NCBI GenBank assembly: GCA_965637545.1
Contig: OZ281495.1
Coordinates: 28,520,001-28,584,000, forward strand
Source: Phallusia mammillata
Taxonomy: Eukaryota
Direction of reading: 5' to 3'
Length of the DNA: 64,000 nucleotides
Below are positions 46,701 to 60,100 of the stretch, in pieces. Below the pieces are notes generated by a model that saw nothing but the letters and a program-made list of their open reading frames with translations, was not told the origin of the DNA and made no database searches. The first letter of the stretch is position 1, and the number at the start of each line of letters is the position of its first letter. The position numbers and the translations under genes are program-made.

Positions 46701-49700
46701 CCAACACAACCTTTTGCCTGCTCTGCCGCACCAGCATCTCTTTCCGTCATACAATGCTAGCGGATGTTCTTCGCTTTGACAAACGGTCATGCAATTATGA
46801 GATGAGGTCACAATGTGGTGATTACTGGAAGGTAATGTCTTTGGTATTTTTATGCAACCAGCGTATCCCGAAGCTGCATGGTCCGCAGTAAACGACCCTG
46901 TTAAAAGCAGTGGTAATGTAAGCGAAAACGGCGTTCCGAAAACGGTTTCAACGCAAATAAAGGTAGAATATGTATGCAATATCACAAATCTATTATAAAA
47001 ACATAATTCTCTCAATAATCACTTTAATATTTTCTTATATTTTTATTTCTGTGGCTTTGTTACAGTTCACAGGCTAAAAGTATACGTAAATGTTGACAAA
47101 TACCTGGTCGACCAGGTAAGAAAAACTTTTTAATTTTATTACTTGTCATAAAATCATAAAGTTTATCACTGGTCATAAAAACATAAAGCACTTGAAATGT
47201 TGGCAAAGCATAACAAACTTTTAACACAATCTCCTTTAAGAAAATAGACTTCAACACTTTTTGCTCCTCCACAAGTCATCGGAACATCATCTTTGTCACT
47301 TCCTCCACCGCAAGTGATGTTGCACTGATCAGATAAAGTTCTAATATCGGCCAAATAGTGAAAATGTTTTGCACACAAACATTGAATGTCCTTTACAGCC
47401 GCAAATTTAAATCCTCTGAAATAAATTGGACAGTAAGTAAAATCAAATTGCATCTGACTGCAGTTGTAAGTTTTGAATCCCATTGTGAATTTGAAACAGT
47501 TACATATATAAACCAAATTAATGTCATTACTTCATTGGTTCTCACACACATAAGGTGTTTATGTGTAAAAAGTGTCTAAAAAGGTAAGGCAAGCTTGTTT
47601 AATTACAAAATACACCCGCTTGGATCCAGAAAACAATCATTACACGAAAACTGAAAGTATAAATGTTCAAAATATATGTCAGCAATTAAGGACGAATTTT
47701 TGTGACCTTAAAAACCATTTCTCCTACCAACAGCAAACCGTATGATCCTCATCAGTTCGACTTTATTGTCGAACACCTCGGTTTACCCACATTTAGGTAG
47801 GTTTTGTACCACTAGTACATTTTCACGGGCTTGAAGGTTATTTGTTTTTCCTGGCGTACCACACTTCAAACATGCGGGATATATTGGAAGCGTCCCTTTC
47901 GTTTTTGTATGAACAATGGGGCATCGATGGCACATTCTGGTTGAGACTTGTTTGTACAAGGACTTTATTATACTTGCTTAGTGACCGTCGCACACTATGG
48001 CGTTTCGAAGCAACCAAATCTAGAAATCCTTTTTAGGCGTTAACTCGATAAAGCGTAAGACTTGATCCGACGAAACAAGGCATTTAACAAATAAAAATAT
48101 ATATTAAAACATAATAGTTGAGGAACCTATATAAACTAGGGTTATACGAAAAGAGGTTGCCTATTGCGTTAAATATTAATCATTTCACTTACTGTGTTCC
48201 ACAATACGAAATGCACCACTCATGGGTCATAAACTTGTATTTTGCAACCTGAATTTCTTTGCCAATTTTCTTTAATCCATAGTAACATCCAACATAAGAT
48301 GCTAAAAAGACGTTTCAGAATTAGCACATCTGTCCAGCGTCATTAAAATCAAACCATTAACGCACTTTCACAAACGACTGTAATTCGTTCCTTGAACCGA
48401 GGTATTAACGTCGATTGGATCCCAATTATCTTTCTAGAAAGTAAAAACAAATGTATCAAAACACAACCAGTAAAGAATAAGCCCTGTATATTTAAGCTAG
48501 GTTAGTTTTTTTTTTACCGTATCTACACGCAGTTACTCATTAACCATTTTAACGCGTTGTAGAACAAATTGGTTTTGGAACGAATTCTTGTGTGGCTTGT
48601 TCACATAAAAAAAACTCATCCAACAATGAAGAAAATGTGTCATTTATACAAAGATAAAAATCGTTTAACCACCAGTATCAAACTTATTTTGTTACGCATT
48701 CCACTCGCTTGACGAAGCGTGTCAAACAAAAACGTCACAGCATGATATTCTCCACTGCTTGTCTCGACCCATGTCATTACGGATATTTTCAACGGAAAAC
48801 TAAAATTACTGCCTTCTGTTGTAAACCGTTGTCATTCAGCTACACTTTCAACACACAAGCTTTTGAATGGGTGAATGTCTTTTGTGCCATAGAAATGTGA
48901 TATAGCACTCAATATTAACAATATAGCTTCAAACACAATGGCAATCGTCAAGGCTTGGCAGTTTTAGGCATGAAAAAGTATACATAATTTGGTCAAGTAC
49001 AATTTCTGTGGAGTAAATTATATGATAACCAGTCATTAGAGACACTTTAAAAGTGATGAAGACAATAGGCGCGTAACAACAGACTGTAATCCTTTAAAAT
49101 TTCTGTGTTCTACACCGTATTTGAAACGTTTATAAACACCCTATTTCACGTAAGTATCAAGCATATTCAGTTAAAATCTTAATCAACTTTGAGGGTCAAT
49201 GACTCAGCTCTAAAGGAAATTGCAAACGTGCACTTATACCGAATGTTGAACCTCAAGAGAATCCATTCGCTTTTATCAGGACGCGGCTCTGCCACAGACA
49301 AAAGATTCAGACAGAATTACGTTTGTTGAGGCGTCAGGTATGGTTACAACCTTTTCTTATCTTCGCCACACTTCTGTTATTTTCAAAACTTAGCGACAAA
49401 CCAAAACGTAATGACAACATTGTGCCGCAAAAATGTTTTATAATTTATGTAGATTATTTCGGACAAGATATTTGTCCCTGTTTTAACGTTTGTAACGTTG
49501 TTACAATCGTTATCCAAACACAAGAGCCACAACTTTTAATCACCATCTATTTCGCTTGGAGAACATACCGACAATACAGCACTAAAACAATCACCAAGAC
49601 AGAAATAGCTGCGCAAATTTAAACGTTATAGCAGTATTAGCAGTAAAAAGCACAATTGGTGGGAAATGGTTGAACGCGTTGTAGCTGTACCGCATTGTAA

Positions 49701-49974
49701 AGCCTTGAGTTGCTAGACTATCTAAACTTTTTTCGGACTAAACCTACAGCTTTACAGCCAACACAATTTTACTAATATAAACTGCCAAAAATGGGTACAT
49801 ACAAGAAAAGACAACGACATACCTTTTAGATTCCACTTGAGAAGGTGCACCCCAAATGACGGTTTGTGATTCGTGATGATAACTTACATTGTAGAACAAG
49901 AACGTAGCCACAGCAACCAAAACAACCCCTGACAAAACCTTCCATTTGCTCAGTAACAAAGACTGTGAAGTCAT
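43795..49974 (-). CDS. WSCD: WSCD copy 5 (type A), apparently intact (512 aa)
   Basis: Exons 49974-49823, 48433-48366, 48301-48193, 47415-47219, 46897-46711, 46352-46114, 45041-44832, 44171-43795; phases compatible, no stops seen. Confidence 0.9.
45235..45454. mobile_element. hAT MITE in intron 6 of copy 5
   Basis: TIR cagtgtttc(aacttc)aaact / agtttgagaaccactg; TSD cattaaat; same insertion at 58626-58838. Confidence 0.88.
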
Positions 49975-50440
49975 TGTGTCACAAACTAAACTAAACCGCA
50001 GCTCTGTCGCAGACACCTATACTTAAGCGTTCAGCTAAACGCTTTATCAGGCCAAGAGTGCTCAAATGCGCCCTCTTCCGGATTTGGTTTTTGTTCGGGT
50101 GTTTTTGGGGGGGGTCCAGATCCAATGAAGGTGTTTGCCATACAAATAATGGACTGCATGTAGATAATAATCAACTATGATGCACCTATTTTTCGCTACA
50201 AACCAAATGGTTTTTATTTGAACAAGGTCAAAACTTTTAGTATAGTATGATGGGACGATATATGTCATGTCGGATATGTACTTCAAACAGTTGAACACAG
50301 TTGAAACCAGCAAGAAATTTTACCAGTCAGAGTTGAGTGCATTTTCACAAGGTGGTCATTTCTCGGTTATGATATTTTTCCGAAAGATTGTTTTTCACTT
50401 TTCCCACTGCTTTGTTGACTGATTCTCGGTTTAACGGTTC

Positions 50441-50596
50441 GCCATTTTATTTCGGCCCCTTTTCCGTAAGGCGGCAAATCTTATTTGATTTTCTCTTTTC
50501 GTAACGTCTTTCTCACTTTCTCGACCGCCTTATTGACCTCTAACCTAATTTAGGGTTGAACAAAAATGGCGGTTTATTTTCGTGGCTTTCGCCTAG
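50441..50596 (-). pseudogene. Relic 3' half of WSCD exon 8 (second copy)
   Basis: Near-identical to 27277-27433 and lacks the hAT insertion. Confidence 0.8.
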
Positions 50597-51318
50597 GCCT
50601 AGCCATACAACGTTTGGGAGCAAGTTTAAAAAGGGCAGTCAACATGTTTGGTGTTTACCACGCGACTTCCTATTGATATAATCATTTACCTCACACAACC
50701 TGCCAAGTCGTAACGTACGTATATATAAATGCGCTCGGTTAAACCTGCATATGAATTGTTGCCTGTATGGACGCTAGCACGAAATGGGAAGTTGGGCCAC
50801 GTCTGAAAATTGCAATATATCGACTATAAGCGTTTGAAAAATTCTTCAAATTCTTTCCCCGTAACTTTAGTTTAGAAATAACTTTTTGTTTCCAAAAGCA
50901 GTTAATAAAAAATCCTCCAGTATTTGCCTATAAAAGATTTTCATTTGGTTAGATACGAGAACATACATGAGGAAGGGTGTGTAATAAATAAACATTTTGT
51001 AGAATCGATTTTTCTATCACAGTATCAGAGTGGTAAGATAATTCTACAACATACTGGTGTATGCCCAGTTGTGGCATCGCACGGACCAGGTAGGAAATGG
51101 GTTTTTACTTTACTCACAAAAAACTGGAGTGCCGTTGGATGGCTACATTAGGCAAAACGTCCAATATCTCGTCACCAGCACCGATGAGACCTTGTAGGTC
51201 GTCAAAGTGTGCACTGTCTGCACATTATTATTTTACAACGCATATTGTGGATTTAGCGTTCAGGTTTGACCAACAAAGTCAGTCAAGGTGTGTACATGTC
51301 GTGTACACTATTCAGCGT

Positions 51319-54300
51319 TCACCATTCCATTTCGGGTCCTCTTTCATAAGGCGGCAAATCTTTCTCAATTCCCCTTTTTCGTAACATTTCTCTCACTTTC
51401 TCGATCGCCTTATTTACATCTAATCTAACTTTGGGTGGAAAAAAGTAGGAGTGTTTTCGTGGTGGTCGCCTCGCAAGGCCCGTGATCTCTTGACTTAAAC
51501 AAGCGAGTCTCTCCTCAAGGTCACTCGGGTGGAGTGCAGGGTTGGGAAGGAACTCGACCATCTTCCTCACACTTGAGATCGGATCGGCCACTATGTCTTC
51601 GTAGTACATCACTAATACTGGTCTCTTCTGGGATAAAATTTTCTCGTGAAGTTTCGCCCATGACAAAACCTCCTCTTTCATTGTTTGGTTGATTTCTGCC
51701 ACAAACAAAACAAAAGTTGAAAAATCAAAAAACAACGTCGATCAATTGTAATCACAGAGTTGTAAGTGGGTAAAAGAATTTGGCCAATAATCCTAAAGTA
51801 CAAGGCCAAAACCCGACCTGAACACGCAATCTTATTGAAATCAGGATTGAATTATCCCTGATAGTTAGAATTGACCTGGTGCAACTACGACAAAAATATA
51901 ACCAAGTGTAAGGTTAGACTCGAATGAAGCCAATTTGCTCAAGCTTAAGCCCGGTCCGACTTACAGTTCTGATATACGAACATGTATTTATTGCTAGTGT
52001 CAATTTTACGAGTGAAACTATCTGCAAACTTTTTTTTATTTTGTGATCATTATGTGCCATGAAAGGTGTTTTGCAGTGTTTTAAACGACCTTTTGAGATC
52101 GGTTTATTGCATGACTAATCCATACGTGTGCTTAAATCAGTAGGATATAAACACGTGCGCAATGGTAACAAAATGAACTCATCATTCTGGCATGCGCAAT
52201 ACACATACAATACAAAGAAATGGTAGAATTGCATGCATAAATTTTACCAAGCTACAAAAGAGCATTCAAAAATCAATACAAATATTGCGTACTTTGCTGT
52301 ATCACTTCGTCTGGTGCAGACTTGACATGGCTCCCAGACATTAAGGCCCAGTTGAAAAGTGAAATGATGCATTTGAAGGGATTTCTGATGACCAAAATGA
52401 ACGCTGAAGAGAAATCAGAAATCGGCTTGTTGTTCACAAAATGATTTTTGATAATGTCTGTCCTGTTCTCTTTAACTTTAATACTTTCTCCCAGGTAACC
52501 TAAATAATAAAAAAGCGACGACCATCCTGAAACTATTCAAACCGGTAAATACAGCCTGGCCCGAGAAATTATGTTTTTGCAGGTAAATTGAGATTGATTT
52601 AGGTGCAAAAGTTAGATATTTTAGCTTAAAATTCGGCACAAATGTGGCTGAGTGTAAAGTCAGACCCGAACCAACCCCGTTCAAATTGAACACAAATCTG
52701 AATTTGAAACGAAACATACGGACCCTTCCGACCTTCAACTCTGACTCAAAGGTCACTGTACCTATTCCACTGAGGCTTCGGTCGTTGTAAACACTTCCAG
52801 TGTAATAACCAGTGGCTTTCTCCAGCAAATACCGAGTCCAGGTGTTTCCTGATCCCGGATATGTAGTCAGTAAAGTCCTTTTGTAAATTCCTGGTGGAAG
52901 AAGACGGACGTTGCCACATCTTATGTCTTCCACAAACGTCCGGAATACTTTAACGGTGTCCGTAGTGTTGCAAGAATCGACTTTTCGTGTTAAGTCAATG
53001 CTTAAAAAATTTTCGTTGAAACTCATGTAACCAATAATACTTATACATCAAATTTTCAAACACTTAAAGTGCACATAATTATATGCATTTGTACTGTTAT
53101 GTTAATCATCAATGAATCACAAGTTTAAAAAGAACTTCGTAGATTTGACTATGAGATAAGTTTTGAACAGGTGGGTTGTTTCTATTACATCAGTCAACCA
53201 ATTGTATAAAGGAAAATTCAATATATATCGATGGAAATTTTGTCACCGACATTTATAAAAGCAATTGGGTTTTGTCGCATGAGTTACAAAATTGGGGTTA
53301 CAAAACAAAATTAATTTACCTTTCAAAGCGACCATGGGTCAAGAAAAAGAAAACCTAATGAATAACACAACCTGTTGCTTGCTCTTCCGCACCAGCAATT
53401 CTTTCTGTCATAAAATGCGAGCGGATGTTCTTCGCTTTGACAAACGGTCATGCAATTATGTGATGAGGTCACAATGTGATGATTACTGGAAAGCAATATC
53501 TTAGGAGTTTTAATGCATCCAATATATCGAGAAGCCGCCTGGTCCGCAGTAAAAGACCCTGCTGAAAGCAAGTTAGTTAATCTCGATGTTTATTTCCGCA
53601 TGTGCTGGGGATTGGTTTAGACTTTCTGATTATCGGTATTGGATCTTGCAAAACACACACATATAACAAATTGGGAACTTGAAACTAAACCGATTTCAAA
53701 CAAAAGCTAATCCACCTTTAATACATTCTCCTTTAAGAAAATAAACTTCAACACTCGTTTCTCCTCCACAAGTCCCGGGATCTTCTTCTATAACACTCCC
53801 TCCGCCGCAAACGATGTTGCATTGGTCAGACGAATTTCTGATATCGGCCACAGCTTGAAATTGTTTTGCACAAAAGCATGTGATGTCTTTTACAGCCGCG
53901 AAATTAAAATCCCTGAACATAACTGACAGCTTTCAACAATGTATTTTGAATTCTGATATTGTGCAAACCTATGTTTGGAGTTTTGGAGGAGGTTTTTAAG
54001 CAAAACTTTGTTAAACAATTTCGAGCAGCAAATTTATTTTCATTTGTTCAATATCCAAATAGTAGATTTATGTCTAAATTATACCCAGAAGTTTGGTCAT
54101 CAGTAACCTTTGGATTAATTTTGCGCACTTTGTGTTTTGGTTAATTAAGCAAATTTTGCTCTAAAATAGTTCTTGGAAATGGATCCTTGTCTTTTGATTG
54201 CACAATGCGGCAACGTTTGTGCTGGCAAGAGCCAGTTTAATGCTTTACTTTTATCTCTTGGAGGCCTTGTATCCAGTCTATGCGACAATTTGTAAATAGC

Positions 54301-56045
54301 TCTAATCACAATAGACTAATGAAACGGTTAAGGCCTCTTACCTTTTGAATTAATTTTTCATTTTTTTGCCGTTTAAAATGACTGACAAAAGTAAAAAAAA
54401 AACAATTGTCGTTACTTTACAGTAAAACCTACCGCCTTTTGTTACAAAATGTTATTCGAGAAATATTCCTGATCACACTGATACTATACTTTACAGATAT
54501 GTTAAAACAACTCTCATTTCAAAAATGTATCTCAAACCCCCTGCCTGGTGATGCTGTCCTATGGGTGTACACAAGAAACACAGTGCTGGATTAACCATTA
54601 GGCAAAGTAGGCACGTGCCTACAGGCCAGTCAAGAATACAGGCCACTTTATCTTTGTGACGATGATTTGGCAACACTGATAATTCTAATTTTTTAGATGG
54701 CAATCCCGATTTTCGGGCCACTTATAAAATGTGCCTACAGGCCAGCAGACCCTTAACCTGGCACTGGAGAAACACTTGTTTAGCGAGGGGGCGTGGTCAA
54801 CAAAAGTTTGTCACTTACTTTGTTTCACAGTACGAAACGCACCATCCAGTCGTCATGAATTTGTGTTTTACAGACGTAACTGATTGATCAATTTCCTTTA
54901 TTCGGTAGTAGCATCCGATATAAGACGCTGGGTAGTAAACCAAGATTAGAGGCTAAGTTCCGAAATATTTAAGGTTCGTACATGTAAAGCTTACCTTCGC
55001 AAACAACTTTAATTTCGTTTTTCAACACAAATGGTAACGTAAATTGTGTCTCAGTTGTCACCCTGGTACAAAAAGATAAAGAAACGTCAGCAAAAGTGGT
55101 TTGAACTTGTATGTATAGCTAACTAGATTAAATTTAAACATCTACAGAACACTTCAAAAGACAAGATGACAGTAGTATTGTGAAGCAGGTGCGCCGGTCA
55201 TTACACAGTCCAATTAGGGGAACAATGGGTTATGTTTCGTAGTTATGTAGTCCCATGCTTTCTTATGTTCGAGATACTCCTGGTATTTCTGTTACTGCGA
55301 CTCATGTGACTTTACGTTTGTTGAAAATCGCTGCTGTTAATCTGTCACACATTTAAAACAATGCACAGTTGTTTTATAACAATGAATTTGATCAGCTATT
55401 TGCCAATCGAACAGGATGTATATGTCAGTCAATTTGGTGATTGTCGTGTCAAAGCTATGAAATACTACATTAAACACCAAATTGTGCCTAATGCTATCTA
55501 CCCCTGTCTGGCGATCTTACATACTCTTGTTAAATGCTCCTTTATTCAAAGTCAAGGCTTAAAGTTTCCTAAAGGCTTAATAAAACAACTTGTTCACTAT
55601 ATTTGTCCACTGCAGAAAAACGAACCAGTCTGTCGTCAGAAAAATATTTACGTTGCACTAATACAAAAAGAGGCGTGCTCCGGTGGTCTTAAACTAGTTT
55701 ACATGCATCAACATCAGCAACATTTCAAAGCATTAAATAAGACAGGTTCTTCAGACTCGGTTTAAATTTACAAATTTGTTTTTGACATTTGACAAGCCAC
55801 CATTATCCAGAGAACTATAACGTCAGGCTACCGACATACTGTGCTGATGGTTTACATATTTACCTACAGCACAAACTCAAGACATATATATATATATATG
55901 AGAAATGTCATTCAAAGCACCTTTTAGATTCATCCGCAGAAGTTGATCCCATAACCTCAGTTGAGTATACGGTGTCATAAGTTTGTTTGTGAATGAAAAG
56001 CATTGTCAGAGCAACCAGAAAAAAACATACTAACTTTTCCCTCAT
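51319..56045 (-). CDS. WSCD: WSCD copy 6 (type B), apparently intact (502 aa)
   Basis: Exons 56045-55921, 55062-54995, 54927-54819, 53912-53716, 53558-53372, 53000-52762, 52499-52293, 51695-51319, all in frame. RNPF replaces RNPY and KNH replaces KDH. Confidence 0.9.
54581..54766. mobile_element. MITE M1 copy in intron 3 of copy 6
   Basis: Same TIRs and aagaaaca / gagaaaca TSD as the 19078 copy. Confidence 0.9.
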
Positions 56046-57193
56046 GGTATTACAAGCAACGCTCCTACACCTTCTGTTTTCTGATGCAGACTGACAAACA
56101 TACAATAGTCAAGATTGATCTGGTTGTGACACAACACGCAAGTAGGACAGACTGACAAGAGATCGTGTTACACATTTATTACGTAACGTATACTCTGTTG
56201 CGCCCCCAGTATTCATTTTGTAAGCGGCGATACTCGACGTGGCAGATGTATCTATATAGTCGTGGTTGGTGCTTATGGAAACAGATGTGGTTTACCTGTT
56301 GAATTTTATATGCCGCTTTGCTACAACTGACAACTACTGGTCTACATCGAAAGTTGGAGCATTAATGCGAGCCAGTGCGCGTAAACGAAGCAATACTACA
56401 ATTGCATTATAATCAAGTGGTATAAAGTTGTAGCGATTTATACTTCTGTGTTGCCTGTATGGACGTTAGCACAAAATGGCAAGGGACACATCGAAAAAAT
56501 GCACTCTACTGACTATATGGATTCAAAACATTATTCAAAGGGTTGCCTCCATGAAAGTTTTCTGTCTGCGCCCAAGATTGCCCCCTAACTTAAATTCCGA
56601 AAAAAAAAACACTTTTTACTTCCAAACCAGGTTATCGAAATTTATTACAGTATCAGGCTGGTAAGATAATTTTACAACATGCTTTTACATGCAAACTTGT
56701 ATGTTTAAAAACTTAAAACATCGAGCCAATGAATGATAAGCTGGAGACATTGCGCACTATTTTAACATGTAAGGTTTCATCAGTGCCGCTGGTGACAAGA
56801 GATCGGCCGTATTGGCTGATGTAACAGTTTGTTGGGAGTAATAGGGTAAAAACCCATGCCTCACAACAGGGTAAAAACCCGTGCCACACCTGGTTTTTAC
56901 CCTATTACCTCCAACAGACCGGAATGCCGTTGGATGGCTACATCATTTAATAGGGCCGATCTCTCGTCACCAGCTGCGCTAATGCGACTTTATATGTTGA
57001 AACAGTGTGCACTGTCTGCAGCTTATCATTTATTGGTTCGATGCTTTTCCATTGATACTGTAACACTGAACCGACGTTTGTTCCCGAGCGGCCATTGTGA
57101 GCAAGTTTCCTTTGTGGTGTATGCCCAGTTGAGGCATCGTTTTAGGTTGACCAACGAAGTCAGGCAAGATGTGTTCATGTTCGTATTCAACGT

Positions 57194-60100
57194 TTACCAT
57201 TTCATTTCGGGTCCTCTTTCATAAGGCGGTAAATCTTTCTCGATTTCCCTTTTTCGCAACATTTCTCTCACTTTCTCGATCGCCTTATTAACATCTAATC
57301 TAACTTTGGGTGGAAAAAAGTAGGAGTGTTTTCGTGGTGGTCGCTTCGCAAGACCAGTGGTTTCTTGACTCAAGCAAGCGAGTCTCTCCTCAAGGTCACT
57401 CGGGTGGAGTGCAGGGTTGGGTAGGAACTCGACCATCTTCCTCACACTTGAGATCGGATCAGCCACTATGTCTTCGTAGTACATGACTAATACTGGTCTC
57501 TTCTGGGATAAAATTTTCTCGTGAAATTTCGCCCATGACAAAACCCTCCCTTTCATTGTTTGGTTGATTTCTGCCACAAACAAGCAACAGTTAAAAAAAA
57601 TTGAAGACGCTGTCTACCAATTTTTACCACAGAGTGGTATGGTCTACAAAATTGGCCCTTCACCCTAAAGTACAACGTGCAATATAAATGAAGTTAAGAT
57701 CGAATTAGCCCCGATAGTTAGAATTAACAAGGTTCAACTACGTCAAAAAAGTAGCAAGCGTATAGTCAAATCCGAATGAAGCCCGTTTGTTCAAATTTAA
57801 CCCCGGACCGACATAGAATCTTAATATGCAACCATGAATTTATTGCTGGTGTCAATTATACGAGTGAAACTATGTGCAAACTTTTTTTTTATTCTGTGAT
57901 AATTATATGCCACGAAAGATGTTTTTTTAGTGTTTCAAACGAGTTTGTATATATTGAAAGTAAATAAACGATATTTTAGTGTTTTGTAAGACTTGATTCA
58001 ATTTCCTCGGTTTCGGCCTAAGCCGTTTGAGAATAGTATGAATTTATCACTATTTGGGCTATATCAACAGAATATATATAAAAAGTGTACTATGGTAACT
58101 AAATGCACACATCATTCTGGCGGGCGCAGGATACAACACGATACAAGAGAATGGTATAATTACATGCATATATCTACCAAGCTATAAAAGAGAATCTAAA
58201 AAACAATATGAATATTGCGTACTTTGCTGTATTAGTTCGTCCGGTCCAGACTTGATGTGGCTCCCAAAGTTCGAAGAGTACAAGTTGAACAATGAAATGA
58301 TGCATTTGTAGGGATTTCTGATGACCAAAATGAATGCTGCAGAGAAATTTGAAACCGGCTTGTTGCTCAGAAAATGATCTTTGATAATGTCCGTCCTGTT
58401 TTCATTTACTTCAATACTTTCTCCCAGGTAACCTAATTAACAAAAAAGCGAGTCAAATCGTAGCACGTTTACACAGAATTGTAAACGCGTCTAAAATTGG
58501 AGACCGAACCCGGCCCGAACCTGAAAGTACAAGCCCCAAACTCGAAGGTACAAGCCCGAACCCGAATCGTTTTTGAGAAGCCTGTTTAGACCCGGAAGTT
58601 TGATTGACAGGCCTATACATTAAATCAGTGGTTCAAACTCGGTTTTCGGGGCGGCATGCGGCTCCCAACTACTTATTTTGCGGCTCGCACCAGACCTCAG
58701 AAAACCACCAAACATTGCTATTTTAGCTTTGAAAGTCATAATTTTTAGTGATTTTTTTAAGGTTTCGTTTTTTTGCGGCTCCCTGCACACTTAAAAAATA
58801 CCATTTGGCCCCGACAATAAAAAGTTTGAGAACCACTGCATTAAATCCTCAGGAAAGACAAAGACAACCAACACAATAGACAATTGGTTTTGAACAGGGC
58901 ATTTTGGGGTTATTTGACTATAGGCCAGATCCAGCAACTAGCTGCTTATCTAGTTAAATTTATACAAAAAAATACTGACACAGAGTGTCTGAAAATATGA
59001 TGATATTTATGTAGACCTAAGAGCTTTTTGCACAAATTTTATAGCTCATATGACCTATCCTACAAACTGCACAGTAAGTGCGCAGTCCTGCCGAAACCAC
59101 AAAACAAATTGACTTTGCGAATTTTGTTTGGCATGGCCATGCCGAAACCGCAATAACTTTTGGATTTACCAATTTCCTACAGCACAGACATGGCAAAACA
59201 TACTGGGCATATCACCACAGTTTTAATGAAACAACGTATATGTTGAATCAGTTTCAGAGTTTTCAGAGTTGTAAGCAATCCCGAAACCCATGCCTAAACC
59301 CGCAAGTTTTTTTTAAACCTGAATAAGTTACGAAAGGTAGATTTATCAAGGTAAATAAAGCTTGAGTTTGGCAAATATGGTAAATAAAGCATGGGTTACG
59401 TGCAAAAGTTTGTGGCCGTGTGTATAAAAGTCCGAACCCAAACCAAACGCCGGGGCCCGGCCGACCTCCAACTTTGACAGATATAGTCACTGCGTACCTA
59501 TTCCACTGAGGCTTCGGTCGTTGTAAACACTTCCAGTGTAATAACCAGTGGCTTTCTCCAGCAAATACCGAGTCCAGGTGTTTCCTGATCCCGGATATGT
59601 AGTCAATAAAGTTCTGTTGTACATTCCTGGTGGAAGAAGACGGATGTTGCCGCATCTTCTGTCCTCCACAAACGTCCGGAATACTTCAACGGTGTCCGAG
59701 GTGTTGCAAGAATCGACTTTTCGTGTTAAGTCAATGCTAAAAGAATATACCTTCAAAAATCATTTAGCTAATACAACTAATGCACTAAGTTTACAAACGC
59801 TTCAAGTTTTCCCATTGACATGTATTTGTCTTGTTATGTTAATCATCAATGAATTTTAAGTTTGAAAGAAATCCTACCGCATAGATTTGCGATAGGTTTT
59901 GAACAGATGGGTTGTTTCTATCATATCAGTCAACCAGTTGTATAAAGGAAAATTCAATACGTCATCTAAAGAATTTTTGTAACCAACAGTTGTCGTAGTA
60001 ATTGGGTTTTGTCGCATTGGTTACAAAATTTGGCGGTAAATTTTCGAAATTGAAGTAGGTTAAAGACAAAATAAAAAACAAACGGCCAACACAACCTTTT

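Noticed and set aside
47860-48030. Conserved exon-like block with a strong donor in intron 3 of type-A genes (also about 24920-25090 and 61245-61420)
   Set aside because: Exons 3 and 4 already join in phase 2. Candidate lengths (160, 169 bp) would shift the frame, and the copy-2 version has a stop and an indel. Conservation is explained by recent duplication.
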